A stretch of DNA of 59,351 nucleotides, counting the filler. It is 5 parts of 5 records of this genome, joined end to end, with 100 filler letters (N's around TTAATTAATTAA, not from the genome) between each part and the next. Parts side by side here need not be neighbours in the genome. Positions count along the whole stretch, not along the records: positions 40,943 to 50,350 come from SRR20825019_3128; positions 50,451 to 59,351 come from SRR20825019_3147; 3 more parts are not named here. One strand, 5' to 3'. The number at the start of each line of letters is the position of its first letter. Positions within the stretch are counted from its first letter, which is position 1. The translations under genes and the position numbers were made by a program. The notes below the pieces were generated by a model. The model did no database searches and was not told the origin of the DNA. It saw only the letters and a program-made list of their open reading frames with translations. This document shows, piece by piece, positions 46,133 to 55,912 of the stretch.

Positions 46133-49032
46133 ATGGCACTTGCAGCAGCAGGTAGAGTTAGGCGGCGTCATGTTGCCACTCTCACTGTTGCTCTTGTGCT
46201 CGCTGCATACGCACATGTGTCCACTGCAGCAGAATTCGAGAAGGGGTTCATTGCTGATGAAGGAGGCGAGCAGGTTTGCTATAGTTGCCCTCATGGTGCC
46301 GCGTGCCAAGGAAATAGTCAAAATCCCGAAGCGGCCCCTGGTTACTGGGCAGAAAAAGGCAGCTACAGCGAATTCCATCAATGTACCAACAAGGATGAAG
46401 CATGCCTGGGAGGTCCGGACTCCAAGTGTGCTAAGGGATATCACGGGCGGTTATGCACACAGTGTGACAAAGGACACTTTAGATCGGCGGGGAGGTGCTT
46501 TCCTTGCCCTGGAACTGCACTAACTGTGCTTAACATTCTCGTGATCTGTGTCGTTATCCAAGGAGCTGTAGAGTTGTTCCCGTGGTTTGCGTCCGGAGAC
46601 CGCGCCCTTAATACCCTTAGTCTTAGTATGAACTATCTCCAAGTCATTGCAGTATACGTTGATTTCAATGTGGAGTGGCCGGGAGCCGCCACAAAAACGT
46701 ATGGGGCCTTTCAGTGGAGTCAGTTAAAAACTGGAATTGCGTCTCCTGAGTGTGCGATTCCAGCCTCGCGAGCAGTCCGCAGTTTCGTGGTACTCTTGCT
46801 TCCAGTTTTCTTCATAGTATTTTTCATATTTATGTACATCCGTGTCTGGTTGTGGAACAAGATTGTTGCCCGATTCAGTGACAGAATGAAAATCCGACAC
46901 CCGGCGCTATTCAAGCCGGTGGACCCTGAAGATGGACTCTGCAGGAAAATCACAAAGTTCTTTGTCAATCGGTGGTCCAGGATAAGAAACATGCAACATT
47001 GCAAAGAGTATTTCATCAATGGATACCTGTATTTCCTGTACTTCATGTACATGCCTTTGTCAATGGAGACACTGCAAATATGGGATTGTACCAAGTGGGA
47101 GAGCGGAGTATGGACGCTTGATTCAGATGCAAGTGTCCATTGCTTCACTATGAAGGGGCAGTGGCCATGGATGGCTTCGTATGGAATGGTCTTCTTCCTT
47201 TTATATCCTGTGGGAATACCTGTCTTGTTTTTCATCATCTTGTCATGGAACAGGAACAACCTTGCGAATGAAACCACCAAGCGAAAGTATTGTGCTATTT
47301 ATTTCAGATTTGAGGCCAATTATTACTGGTGGGAGCTTGTAATTATGTCAAGGAAGCTTGGCGTGTCTATCGCCGCGTTGTACTTCACGGAGAACCCTGA
47401 GGTGCAGGTGTGGATGGCGTGTGCTACACTGGGCATAGCAACCATGATGCAAGTATCGTACCGCCCGTTTTTGAAGGACATTAATGATAGACTGGAGCGG
47501 CAACTGCTTTTGTGTGCATTGATTTGCATTTTTAGTGGGTTCTTATTTAACGATCGAGAATTCAAGGTGGGAACTTGGCCTCGCTTCTTCTTACAAGTTG
47601 CCATCATGGGCATCATAGTATACAGCTTCCTTCTGATAATTCGGATGCTTTGGCGAGAGACAAAGCAGGAAAGTTGGATGGGTTTCATTGACCTCGTTGA
47701 TGCAAAGTTTGACGAGGAACAGCCTGCCTTGTTGAAGTACTACAACAACATTCAGCTCCGCTGGATTGTTGCAGAATTCTTCAACAAGCGATACCACTAT
47801 GGCATTCGAAAGTTCCTTGATTCCAAGGAGGCGAATGCAGAAATCAAGTCGACTTTAAGAAATTTCATGGTTGAACTTAATCAGGTAAGGTGCATGACAC
47901 TCTAAGGATAAATTCTTACGAGAGAAACAGGTTAGGGAGAGATTGCTGATGGACTATGAGAGAAAAAGCTTCCCAATGCTCAAATATTTTAGACTGCATT
48001 GGATGCCCCCTCTCGTTGTATATATGCAGCATGCCGATGAGGCTAAGGAGCGAGAAGTAGAGGCTGCCTTTAGTGCTTTAGACTTGTACATTAAGCAGAC
48101 CAAGATGTCGGATCCGGTGGAGGCACTCAAGGCGAGAAGAAATTCTTGGATCCATACCATTGTGGGACGGCGTCCATTTGGGGGTGACGAGGGGCAGGCT
48201 CCCTCCTTGGATGATAGCATAATGGATGGAGACAGGAGCACGGACAAAGTGCAAAGTGTAAGGTAGGAGCGTGCGAAAGTTTTTGTAGGTGTGCCAAGTA
48301 TTGAAAGTATTGACCGGCCGGCCTTTCTTGTAGATATGCCCCGGATCTATTTGATGAACCAAGTGAAACTCGCACTCTGTCCCAAGCGGAGGTGAGCCGC
48401 CGCAAGAGCAAAATGCAGCTTTCTCTTAAGAATCTCAAAATTTCCATGAAGTCAGTATATGACATCTTGTCTCTCAATTTCGTACCTTACACCTTTCCTT
48501 CAGGGATTTCGCCTTGAAAACCCCAAAAACCCCTGGTCTGTCAACTAACACTAGTGAGTTGCCATCTGAGTACTCTCCAAATGCGGCAAGAAACGATGGA
48601 TTGCATATCCGAGCACAGCATTTCAAGGGGATTTCTCCTGACAACTCACCAGCCCTTAGTAGTGCAAATCCTGCTAGGAATTCAACAGCTGATGCTGCCG
48701 GTGTGGCACTTGATGATGGCGCATCAAGTTCATCCACAGAGTCGTCGAGGCCAGGGGTTTCGTTTGCGGGAACAGATAAGCCAGGGAATAGTGGGGATAC
48801 GATGAAGGTGGGACTGTTGCGAAATGATTATCTGCAGCATTCAGCATTCGAACCAATTTCGGAGGATGACGAAATGGAAAGAAAACAAAATGGCGATGGC
48901 ACCCAAGCTGAGGTTGTTGAAAAGAAAAAGAGAACTGGCAGCAAGCCTAGGGGGAGCTTGTTCAAGAACCTTAAAACATTCTGGGAGGCTGATCGCAAGG
49001 ATACAGAAGAGACAAATCCACCGGAAGAGTAA
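46133..49032 (+). CDS. Multi-pass membrane protein with Cys-rich ectodomain (protist receptor-like) and cytosolic tail (spliced)
   Basis: Signal peptide; CYSCPHGAAC...APGYW...CAKGYHGRLCTQCDKG; NYLQVI, SPEC, YPVGIP, YYWWELVIMSRKL, YRPF motifs; introns near 47885-47930, 48263-48333 and ~48455-48503. Confidence 0.75.
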
Positions 49033-49047
49033 AGGTGACACCTAATT

Positions 49048-50350
49048 TTACTTTCGAGCAGCCCTTTTGGACATGATACCGTGCATGTCCATTGCGATGC
49101 CGTTCATCATGTCCTCCCACAAGCGTTCAGAAATCAGGTCCTTGAGCCATTGCTCCTCTGAGGTATGGTCTAGCCATTCTGGTTCCCCTTCACGAACCTC
49201 GGCAAGCAACATCTCATCCAGATTGTCCGGTAGACCCGATGACCGCGTCTGCACGCGCTTCTGCACCAGATCCCTGACTGAGTCGATGAGGTCGGTGTCT
49301 ACTGATGCCATGGACACAATGGACAATGATCGAGATCTTCTGCGAGGAATCGTTCCAAATCGAGCAGCATCTTGCGCCTTGGCCCGAGCCAAGGTTTCTT
49401 CCGCTATTGTCTCGTTCACACAATCAAATATGAACTTGTTGAAGATTTGCTGATTTTCGCTATTTTCCTGGCCTTTTCTGGTGGAGTGCTCGAGCTGCTT
49501 CTCCAACATGAGATAATCTTTGACACTCAATGGACCAGACACAGTAGGTGAAACATCACTGAAAGATGCTAAGAATAAATCAGGGGAATTTTGCATCAGC
49601 TCCAAATTCATGAGGTCTAGAATTCTCATAACATAGGAGGACACATACTCCGTAGTCGTCACAACTGCGTCGACATCTGCATATACAGGCGGCAACGACG
49701 ATGATCGTGTCATTGTCAGGGGGGGTAGATCGCCAAGGTGTGACAAAGGCTTCGATTCCTTTGGCGGGGATCCAACACGTGACTGTTTGCCCTTCAGAAC
49801 CTTTTCCATGTCCACGAACACGTCGTCCAACAACGTGCTCAGCACCGAGTCCACAATGTTGTCTGCTTCATCGAGAGGATCCACAGCAGGCTTCATGCGC
49901 TGCTTGCGAGGAGACAGATCAGGAAGGACGGGCGCCTTCGTTGCACTTTCCCCCAACCAGCTGGCAACCTTATCACCACCAGAAGGCGGGCTTTCTTCGC
50001 CAACAACACCGCCATCACTCTTGTCGTCAACCCCTTCAGATGATACGCTAGGGGTTGCACTCGGCGTGTTCTGGTCAAGATCGTCATCTGGCTTCGGATC
50101 TCGGGGAACTACGAACGGCTGATGGGGGCGAAGTTGGGATGGTGAAAACGACCCTTCGAGCTTCGCACGGAGCTCCGAGACGGTAGAACCTGAGGGAGAA
50201 GACTTAGCGGGGGATTGCTCCTCAACAGCAACAGACTGATTCAACTTGGCCGCCAAACTTCGAGACTTCACTTCAATGTGAAAAGGTTGTTCGCCATCAA
50301 TCGTGCCAAACTGCGAGCCCGGAAGGCGCACAGGAGAGCCCGCAGAGATC
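49048..50350 (-). CDS. CEP350/CAP350-like centrosomal protein C-terminus (DUF4378), 5' truncated
   Basis: ADNIVDSVLSTLLDD, QIFNKFIFDCVNE and LDEMLLAEVREGEPEWLDHTSEEQWLKDLISERLWEDMM resemble the CAP350/TRM C-terminal motifs; frame open to the contig edge. Confidence 0.7.
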
Positions 50351-50450
50351 NNNNNNNNNNNNNNNNNNNNNNNNNNNNNNNNNNNNNNNNNNNNTTAATT
50401 AATTAANNNNNNNNNNNNNNNNNNNNNNNNNNNNNNNNNNNNNNNNNNNN
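50351..50450. other. Artificial contig spacer
   Basis: N44-TTAATTAATTAA-N44. Confidence 0.98.
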
Positions 50451-50761
50451 AGGTGATCATTTGGCAGGGGCTCGAGGAGCGCCTGCGCCGTACCGTTTTC
50501 AAAGACCACAAGTACAGGCAGATCAAGCGAACCACTGGCCAATTCGCGCCGGCTGTGCTGCTCCACCTCGAGCCCGATGCGGGCGGAAAGCCGCTCTATA
50601 TCCTCAAGGGAAGGGCTGTCTTCATCAAAAGGTGTATCCGAGAACAGGACCGTTTCCGAACTCGGCCGCGCCAAAAACTGCGCAATCTCCCGAAAGGCAA
50701 ACCTGAAACTGCCTGCCTGAAGTGGCGTGCCCGCCACGGGATTATTGCGGAGTTGTTCCAC
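50451..50761 (-). CDS. Type I secretion permease/ATPase, N-terminal C39-like domain (truncated)
   Basis: GTG start with GAGGAGG RBS directly downstream of TolC; LARPSSETVLF...LSARIGL...LDLPVLV. Confidence 0.7.
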
Positions 50762-50795
50762 CTTCCTCCTCTATGCCACCTTGCACCTGCGAGGG

Positions 50796-52241
50796 CTATT
50801 GCGAACGGATCGGCGCGAGAAGATCGAGCGGCAAGTCGTTCGTCTGTCGCGAAGGCAGCCTCTTGTAGGTTTCGGTCGGTGCCGTCTCCGGCACGTTGAA
50901 CTCAGCACGTGCGTAGGCCTCGGATTGCTTGGCGCTCGATAGGTTCATCGTCGAGAGCAGCGTCCCCGTTGCGGCAAGTATGCGATATTCGGCGAACCGC
51001 GCGGCATACTGAGCCGTCTTCGACAAAACGTTGACACTGAACCGCGTATTCTGCGCACCAAGCACATCAAGCAGAGACCGCTGGCCGACGACCAGCTGCT
51101 CTCTATATGAGTTGACGAGCTGCGCATTGGTCTGTGCCTGAGCACGCAGTGTGCCTGCCAGGTCCATCTGCCGCTGACGCCGATCCCACGAAATGCGAAC
51201 GGCTTCCTCCACCTCGCGATAGGCCTGGTGCAGCACAAGGCGCTGCTCGCTGGCGCGGCGGATCTGCTCCTGCTCATTGGCAACGTCGATGCCGCCGCGG
51301 TAGAGGTTCCACTTGGCGACGATCCGCGCCTGGAGATCGTTTGTGCGCCCGTCGGCGCCGTCGATGTCGTAACCGGCACGGGCGCGTCCTTCCGCGCTGA
51401 TCTCAGGCAGCATGTTGGAGCGGGCGGCATCGACCAGAGCGTCAGCCGCATCGATATCGGCGTTGGCAACCTTGATGCGCGGATTGTTGGCCCGCGCGAT
51501 ACCGATCGCCTTGTCGAGAGAAGACGGCAGGGCGGAAGCCACCGAGCCCGGCATGGATGGATTGGTGAGCGGTTTGCCTACAAGCTTGTAGAACCGGATC
51601 TTTGCCGCCTCCAGCTCTTCCTCGGCTTCCTTCTGCCGCGCTTTTGCGGAGAGCATACGCTCCTGTGCCTGTTGTCTGTCGGCTTCAGTGAGCGCGCCGC
51701 CGGAAATCAGGGAGCCGATATCGCCCAGCATCGACTGATGAAAGCCGACATTCTTCCGCGCCTCGTTCACGATCTCGACCTGCAGAAGATATTCCAGGTA
51801 TTCGCGCACGACCTGTAGCGCGATGGTTTCGGAACGTTCGAGGACACGGAAGGAAGCCGAGTCCACACGCGCCGCCTGACGCTCGAGTTCGGCCCGTCGC
51901 CCGCCACCATCGAACAGCTTCTGCGTTATCGACAATCCGATTTCAGCTGGATAGAGCGGGTCGTCCTCAATACCGACGCCGCGGCGTGAGGGATTGTCGA
52001 GCCGACGCGCACCGACCGATGCTTCGAGATCGACACTTGGCAGGAAAAGCCCTCGGGCCTGGCGCAATTCGAACTCGATTGCCTCCCGGTTCTCGATCGC
52101 CTGGCCGATTTCAGGATTGGATTCGAGTGCCACCGCCATCGCTTCCTTGACGGAAAGCGCGTTCGCGCTGGTGGGAAACAAAACCGCACCGCTCATCAAG
52201 GCTGCGGCGAGAATACTCAAAACACGTGAACTGTGTGCCAT
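50796..52241 (-). CDS. TolC-family type I secretion outer-membrane protein (AggA/LapE-like)
   Basis: Signal peptide; ALESNPEI, LFLPSVDL, QKLFDG, WNLYRGG, YREQLVVGQRSLLDVL, ILAATGTLL. Confidence 0.92.
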   Translation of the reverse strand: MAHSSRVLSILAAALMSGAVLFPTSANALSVKEAMAVALESNPEIGQAIENREAIEFELRQARGLFLPSVDLEASVGARRLDNPSRRGVGIEDDPLYPAEIGLSITQKLFDGGGRRAELERQAARVDSASFRVLERSETIALQVVREYLEYLLQVEIVNEARKNVGFHQSMLGDIGSLISGGALTEADRQQAQERMLSAKARQKEAEEELEAAKIRFYKLVGKPLTNPSMPGSVASALPSSLDKAIGIARANNPRIKVANADIDAADALVDAARSNMLPEISAEGRARAGYDIDGADGRTNDLQARIVAKWNLYRGGIDVANEQEQIRRASEQRLVLHQAYREVEEAVRISWDRRQRQMDLAGTLRAQAQTNAQLVNSYREQLVVGQRSLLDVLGAQNTRFSVNVLSKTAQYAARFAEYRILAATGTLLSTMNLSSAKQSEAYARAEFNVPETAPTETYKRLPSRQTNDLPLDLLAPIRSQ

Positions 52242-52490
52242 TACCCCCCCTTTGCCTGTGCCTCCACCGGCACAACCAAGGACCCGTCCAGCTTCAAGAC
52301 CAGACCTCCAAATATTATTTTATGCTAAGCTAACTCCCCTTGGCTGGCTATGATATACGCCCCACCAATACCTCTTTAGGAGTATTTTAGTCGACTCATT
52401 TTGAGAAAATGTTGCCCAATAGCAACAAAAATTGATTTTTGTTAAGCATTTCAAGTTTGAAGTATGCAGAATACTGTCAGTCTTATTGCC

Positions 52491-53138
52491 CTATCTCACT
52501 AAAACAAGCGTCCCGACCTTAACGCTGCTATAAAGTATTATAACATCCTCATTGGTCATTCGAATGCACCCTGAGGAAACAGCCCTGCCAATTGTCCAGG
52601 GCTCGTTGGTGCCATGAATGCGAAACAGAGTGGATCCGAGATACAGGGCGCGTGCGCCAAGCGGGTTTTCAGGCCCTCCCTCCATCACAGAGGGCAGTAT
52701 ACGGCCCTTTGCCGCCTCACGTCTGACCATCTCGATCGGCGGTCGCCAATCCGGCCATTCCGCTTTCTTTGTTATGCGCTCCCGGCCACGCCAGGCAAAC
52801 CCTTCGCGACCGACACCGATTCCATAGCGCACCGCTGTACCGTCACCCCGCAGATGATACAGCCGCCGCTCAGCCGTCTCTATCACAATGGAGCCCGCGG
52901 GCAGGTTCTCCGAGAATGGCACCACCGAAGGCTTCAAATCTGTTTCGGCCCAGGGCGCTTTGAAAGACAAAGACCGCTCACGCCTCACCCATGTCCCGGT
53001 TGCAGGATCGAACTGACGCACCGCAGCGGTCTGCGCATCTGCCGGCGTCGCAGGAAACAAAACAAACAACAGTGTCAACGCGCCTGCGACAGACTGGAAG
53101 ATTGCCTTCGGCAGCTGCCTGCACGATGCGCGTTTCAC
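52491..53138 (-). CDS. L,D-transpeptidase (YkuD/ErfK family); start uncertain
   Basis: GSIVIETAERRLY, YGIGVGREG, WPDWRPP, GGPENPLGARALYL, RIHGTNEPWTIGRAVSSGCIRM. GTG 53138 chosen to avoid overlap with the upstream gene. Confidence 0.92.
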   Translation of the reverse strand: MKRASCRQLPKAIFQSVAGALTLLFVLFPATPADAQTAAVRQFDPATGTWVRRERSLSFKAPWAETDLKPSVVPFSENLPAGSIVIETAERRLYHLRGDGTAVRYGIGVGREGFAWRGRERITKKAEWPDWRPPIEMVRREAAKGRILPSVMEGGPENPLGARALYLGSTLFRIHGTNEPWTIGRAVSSGCIRMTNEDVIILYSSVKVGTLVLVR

Positions 53139-53157
53139 TGCGCCTGGTCGAGTGTGA

Positions 53158-53667
53158 CTATTCCAGTGTATCGTTCTTCGCCATCTCAAACGTCTCTCCC
53201 TCGATCCGGATGGAGGTCGTGTCAGGTGCCGAGATCGACCTGGTACGCCCATCCCGACATACAAGGGCAGGTCGTTCCACGATCACACAATCGACCTCTG
53301 TGTAGAGATTCCCCAGCGGCTTGCCGCGCGCGATGATCAGCGTGTTGCTTCCCAGTTTCAGGACGTGTTCCTCATTTCGCCCCATAAATGCCGCGACCCC
53401 GACTTCCCCAAAAGCCCCGGCGAAACTTCCCCCGTAGGCCACATCCGCACGTGGCCCTGCAAGAGCATGCCGTTTGGCCGACATCGCCCATGCATAACGC
53501 CTCAATACATCGACGCGTGCAGCATAAAGGGCTGCAATGTCTTTGTGCATTTCATCTGAGAAAGGCATCGGCGCCTGGAACAGCCTCGCGCCGCGCTCAT
53601 TCGCGCGCACGAAATCGCAAGCAAGTAGAAGCAAACATCCAGACGCAATGAGCGCGTTGAGGTTCAT
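53158..53667 (-). CDS. Hypothetical exported protein
   Basis: ATG with GGGGG RBS-like site, signal-like N-terminus, stop 20 nt before the transpeptidase; no recognised domain. Confidence 0.55.
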   Translation of the reverse strand: MNLNALIASGCLLLLACDFVRANERGARLFQAPMPFSDEMHKDIAALYAARVDVLRRYAWAMSAKRHALAGPRADVAYGGSFAGAFGEVGVAAFMGRNEEHVLKLGSNTLIIARGKPLGNLYTEVDCVIVERPALVCRDGRTRSISAPDTTSIRIEGETFEMAKNDTLE

Positions 53668-53907
53668 CGCCACCCCCTGGGCGACCCCGCAACAGCGTGC
53701 CGCCTCCACTGCAAAAGCAGCCCGTCACGCGGCCTCGACTGCCCAAGGCTACTTGTGGCCGAATGGGCTGCTTGCTTTATTCATTGTGCGGCTAAATATC
53801 CGGCCTGTCCAGTGCATCGAGAGCAGCCGCCAGGTTCAGTGGTGTCGAAGGCAATCAAGCTCGGGCAAGCTCAGGCAAGCTCAGGGAGGCGGCGGGCGGC
53901 GCGTGCG

Positions 53908-54699
53908 CTATTCGCGACTGTGACCATTCTCTTCCGCATCCATTGCGTTGAGCGCACTGAGCCGAAATCCATCGGCCTCGCCCTGGCGTGCTTTCTCGAG
54001 TTGCTCCGAAGCGATCCTCATCAGGCCGCGAAACTCTATCTGGTCTTCGAAGATCACCCCGCCAATATCAAGTGCGAGTTCGATCGTTTCCCCCTGCGCA
54101 ACAAAGGGTGCCTTTGCAACAGCATTGCGAATGCGCTCACCGACATCACGCGCCTGCTCCACTGTCGCACCCGGCAAAAACACCCCAAACTCATTGCCGC
54201 TCAGGCGACCGACGACATCGCTGCGCCGCACATTGGCCCGGATCACCGATGCAATCTGGCGCATCGACTCTTCGCCATAGCTAAAGCCGTAGTCGATGCT
54301 GATGTCACGCGTGTTCTCGGCTTCCACGATCAGCAGGGCGCCAAAGGTGCGGCCTGCCTCAGAAACGGTCGCAGCGCGGCGTCGCTCCACCAGAGTGGTG
54401 AACATGTCGCCATTGAAAACCTCAGTGGAGGGATCATGGGCAGCAGCGAAATTCCGTTCTCGCTTTACACGTCTCAATTGCTCACTCGCCAGGCCGATAT
54501 ATGCAAACAGGGGCGTAGCAATGAACAGAGGCAAAACCAGTGCGGCGATTAGACTGCGCTGATAGGGATTGATGTCATCGCCGAAGAACAAGAGATAATG
54601 GATACAAAAGGAAAGCCCCACCGCAGCGACGGTGCCAAGCAGTATAAAGGCCGTGAGCCATGTCCAGCGCGGTTTGCGTTGCAAGAGCGACTTGTCCAT
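53908..54699 (-). CDS. Membrane-anchored degenerate GGDEF-domain protein
   Basis: Two TM helices; HDPST; RRSD I-site; active-site motif reads RLSGNEFG. Confidence 0.88.
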   Translation of the reverse strand: MDKSLLQRKPRWTWLTAFILLGTVAAVGLSFCIHYLLFFGDDINPYQRSLIAALVLPLFIATPLFAYIGLASEQLRRVKRERNFAAAHDPSTEVFNGDMFTTLVERRRAATVSEAGRTFGALLIVEAENTRDISIDYGFSYGEESMRQIASVIRANVRRSDVVGRLSGNEFGVFLPGATVEQARDVGERIRNAVAKAPFVAQGETIELALDIGGVIFEDQIEFRGLMRIASEQLEKARQGEADGFRLSALNAMDAEENGHSRE

Positions 54700-54984
54700 A
54701 TGCTTTCAACGCTCCCAGTGTGCCTGAGTCTTAGATAACCGGCAAACTTCTAACAAAAGCTTCATTGATGGATCGAGTTTTAACGATCACGGGAACGCGG
54801 CGAGTACTGACCCGATCGAGGATGAAGGCTCCGGGGAGTTTGACTACTGGCTTTTTCGGGTTTGCGGTGTCTGAACGACAGGCACCGAGCCATGATCGTT
54901 AAAATGCGCTCCATATATTTTGTTTGCCGGTTACGATTTTCTGCGCATGATCACTCAGATGCGGGGGCATCGAAGAAGGACCAT

Positions 54985-55204
54985 CATGCCGACGAACTTT
55001 GCATCCGTGCACGCTTGTCTGGAGAAGGCGCAAGCGGAACTCACCGGCACCGACGCGGCGACCCAGCAGTTGCGAGAAGCGCTCGGACTGCTGATGGATG
55101 CCGCCCTCAAAGCCGAATATTCAGCCAAGCCACGGTCGTGCGAAGTCATCCCCTTCCCGCAGTCAGGCTCCCCTCGGCCCAAGCAGACCTCACATCACGG
55201 TTAG
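54985..55204 (+). CDS. Small hypothetical protein
   Basis: AAGGA RBS before MPTNFASVHACLEKAQ...; CEVIPFP motif common in small alphaproteobacterial proteins. Confidence 0.55.
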
Positions 55205-55233
55205 GTAAACGCGCTGCGCCCGTATGATCGGCG

Positions 55234-55560
55234 TCATTGCGCTTCGCCGTCGCACACCCGGTCGCGGGCCTTCTCGGCCTCACGCGCAATCATTCGTGTG
55301 CTCTCGCCAGCGCTTTCCATATGGATGGTTGTTCCGGAATGGTCGAGAAACACCAGCGCGACGTCGGCTTCCGGGCCCAGCATGACAGCCGCAACCCGCT
55401 GAAATCGCGGATCCCCATCAAGTCGGCGATTGAAGAGAACGCTCCCACCCACGTCGTTCAGGGCAGCCAGAAGGGCGGTCTCGAAACCCTGCGCAATCAA
55501 ATCTGCAAGGTTCAGCAACAATTCCAGCTGGACCACCTCCAGCGACACTTCTTTCGACAC
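55234..55560 (-). CDS. Hypothetical protein
   Basis: 108-aa ORF with GC3-rich codon usage, GTG start. Confidence 0.6.
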   Translation of the reverse strand: MSKEVSLEVVQLELLLNLADLIAQGFETALLAALNDVGGSVLFNRRLDGDPRFQRVAAVMLGPEADVALVFLDHSGTTIHMESAGESTRMIAREAEKARDRVCDGEAQ

Positions 55561-55766
55561 TTTGACGCTACTCGAATCACTACATACGCTCAGAAGTTAG
55601 CCGCGTTATCAGAAGCCCGGCAACCAAGCCACGGGAACAGATTGTATCATTATGAAACATGGTTCCGATGCATTGTCCTTACCCTCATTCGCCCGAGGGG
55701 TGGCCTGCCATCCCTCGGGGCGAGAAACCGTCAAATTCGGAGTTTCAGCAGGGGGAAAATTTCATC

Positions 55767-55802
55767 TTGAAATCGATTACATTTGCCATACAATCGATTT
55801 CA
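55767..55802 (+). promoter_or_regulatory. Sigma-70-like promoter overlapped by two LacI-family operators
   Basis: TTGAAA-N16-TACAAT; palindromes TGAAATCGATTACA (55768-55781) and TACAATCGATTTCA (55789-55802) with central CG. Confidence 0.7.
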
Positions 55803-55912
55803 TTGACGTGGCAGGACACCTGCGGAGGACACGTCAAAGGGAAGGAAACACACGACCGGCAATGGGGCCTCGGCTGCCTGCGCCGCTGGTGTCTGTCATC
55901 AGGGAGGAATTC

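Noticed and set aside
9314..50350. Alternative genetic code or non-canonical introns in the eukaryote
   Set aside because: Every frame break I traced is explained by a GT-AG intron; no in-frame stops at conserved positions.
8781..50450. Bacterial and eukaryotic genes side by side, read as large-scale horizontal transfer
   Set aside because: Every junction is an identical artificial N44-TTAATTAATTAA-N44 spacer; the contigs are concatenated from a mixed sample.
55652..55912. 87-aa N-terminal extension of the SBP in the ORF track
   Set aside because: The RBS and signal peptide begin at 55913, and the extension overlaps the promoter and operators.
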